Assembly: GCA_964574895.1 (NCBI GenBank)
Contig: CAZNPB010000010.1
Span: 183-64,182 of the forward strand
Direction of reading: 5' to 3'
From: an uncultured Eubacteriales bacterium
GTDB taxonomy: Bacteria > Acidobacteriota > Aminicenantia > Aminicenantales > Saccharicenantaceae
DNA: 64,000 bases
The translations under genes and the position numbers were made by a program. Positions 62,731 through 64,000 of this stretch are shown piece by piece (the stretch's first letter is position 1; every line of letters starts with the position of its first letter). The notes beneath the pieces were generated by a model, which saw nothing but the letters and a program-made list of their open reading frames with translations, was not told the DNA's origin and did not search any database.

Positions 62731-63912
62731 TCACCGGGCCGATCCCTTCCGGGTCCACGCCGACGTTAGGAACACCCGGCCGCCGGGGCCGACGGTGATC
62801 GTCCCCTTCCAGGTCCAAGCCTTGACCCAGACCGGGCCGGGGAACGGCTGCCAGCCTTCGAGCGGCCGGATCTCCATCTCGACGGCCGGCCCGCGGCGCA
62901 GGACGCGGTAAGTTCCGGCGACCATCCCCCGGTCCTCGTCCGCTCCGGCCACGAACCGTCCGGCGACCTCCGTTCCGTCCTTCAGGGCCGGCAGGTCCGG
63001 GACGGCGGGAGAGAACTCGAAGCCGATCGAATGCCGATCGCCGCGGCTGGTCATGCCCCGGATCTCGAGATGGCCGGCCCGATCGACCAGGTCGTAGGTC
63101 GTCGCCCCGTCCCGGGCTTGCAGGGGGCGGTCAGGCCGCAGGGCCGGCAATTCGCCGTGGTGGGGCCTGTTCCACTGCCCGATGATCGGGGCATCGGTAT
63201 AGCGGGTCAGATAGACCATTTCCCGGTTCAGGGGCACGGGGAGCGTGGCCGGGGCCCGCCGCTCCCCGCCGATCTCGACCACTGGGGCGGCGCCCTTGCG
63301 GGGCATGAAGCTCATGTTCTTCATATGGTAAAGGGGGAAGTGGTCGAAGGTCACGGCCCGGCTGCTCCCGACGGGCGCCAGGAAGCCCCGGGCCCATTTC
63401 GTATGGCGGGCCTCCTTGAGACGGGCCTCGATGACCCGGCCGCCCTTGTCCCGCAGGCGAAGCGACGCGTCGAGCCCGGAGGCGGTCACCTCGAAAGCGT
63501 ATTGCATATCCGGAACGACGGTGTTCCGGTCGGTCTCCGCGGGGTCCACGAAGGCCGGATGGGAATAGTAGTAGTCCGCCGGGCCTTGATGGGGGTACAA
63601 CAGCACCCGGGCGGCCCGTCCGCGCGCATCGTCGAACGTCTGCAGCTCGATGGACGCGTATTCGGGATCGCCCTTGAAATCCACCAGGAGCAGCTTGTCC
63701 ATCGGGGCCACCCGGGCGTTGAACGGGGAATAGAGAACGCCGCTCCCGGGCCGCGCATAGACGTCCGCGCCGACGGCGCGGCGTCCCAGGTAGCGCCGGG
63801 GATCCACCACGGACGTCTTCGTGTCGATCAGGACGAACTTGGCGATCAGGACGGCCGCGGTCCCCGCGACCATCAGTCCGAGCCCGGCCAGGATGAGCCC
63901 TTTCATGGCCAT
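62731..63912 (-). CDS. N-terminally anchored protein of unknown function
   Basis: It is 393 aa with a TM (GLILAGLGLMVAGTAAVLIAKFVLI) and coding-like composition. No family was recognised. Confidence 0.5.
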   Translation of the reverse strand: MAMKGLILAGLGLMVAGTAAVLIAKFVLIDTKTSVVDPRRYLGRRAVGADVYARPGSGVLYSPFNARVAPMDKLLLVDFKGDPEYASIELQTFDDARGRAARVLLYPHQGPADYYYSHPAFVDPAETDRNTVVPDMQYAFEVTASGLDASLRLRDKGGRVIEARLKEARHTKWARGFLAPVGSSRAVTFDHFPLYHMKNMSFMPRKGAAPVVEIGGERRAPATLPVPLNREMVYLTRYTDAPIIGQWNRPHHGELPALRPDRPLQARDGATTYDLVDRAGHLEIRGMTSRGDRHSIGFEFSPAVPDLPALKDGTEVAGRFVAGADEDRGMVAGTYRVLRRGPAVEMEIRPLEGWQPFPGPVWVKAWTWKGTITVGPGGRVFLTSAWTRKGSAR

Positions 63913-64000
63913 GATGCGGCATCCTTTCCGCGTCCGGGGACCGGGTCCGCCCCGAGACCCCGGCGGCGAACCCCGCCTCGGTCCCGAGGCCCTATTTCCC

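Overview
This is a high-GC bacterial chromosomal segment. I recognised no rRNA, tRNA, CRISPR array, transposase or integrase. All family calls come from motif recognition by eye on the supplied translations; no searches were run.

The organism appears to be diderm: the window encodes a FadL-type porin, an Oar/CarboxypepD_reg-type TonB-dependent receptor and lipoprotein signal peptides. The gene content (GWxTD protein, tricorn-like protease, many exported glycan and peptide hydrolases) is reminiscent of Acidobacteriota-like or related candidate phyla, but that is inference only.

About 50 protein genes are supported:
- a fucoside-utilisation set: SSF symporter, membrane-anchored RhaM-like mutarotase, GH29 fucosidase and a URO-D-like protein
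- a four-gene overlapping ECF sigma / anti-sigma operon
- a tricorn-like S41 protease, a DUF4091/GH123-like hydrolase and a CDF transporter
- a lexA-dinB-dnaE2 SOS cassette
- an orphan TagF-like glycerophosphotransferase, a FadL-type porin, a PAS/GAF hybrid histidine kinase and monomeric isocitrate dehydrogenase
- a run of exported proteins of unclear role: a nitroreductase fusion, a TPR-ankyrin protein and a permuted-papain amidase
- a creatininase-family protein followed by HtrA
- a long minus-strand transport and catabolic run: a CUT1 ABC system with two ATPases, a Zn-ADH, a DctM-like permease with two small unknown partners, and an M14 deacylase
- an AT-rich divergent control region
- a GWxTD / TPR / esterase-metalloprotease operon with a GntR regulator
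- gamma-glutamyltransferase followed by a lipoprotein-type glutamate racemase
- an SPFH protein
- an SDR plus histidine ammonia-lyase pair whose MIO triad reads Ala-Cys-Gly

Most long reverse-frame ORFs in the track are high-GC antisense artefacts. No canonical defence or mobile system is evident. The best candidates for undescribed biology are listed as findings.
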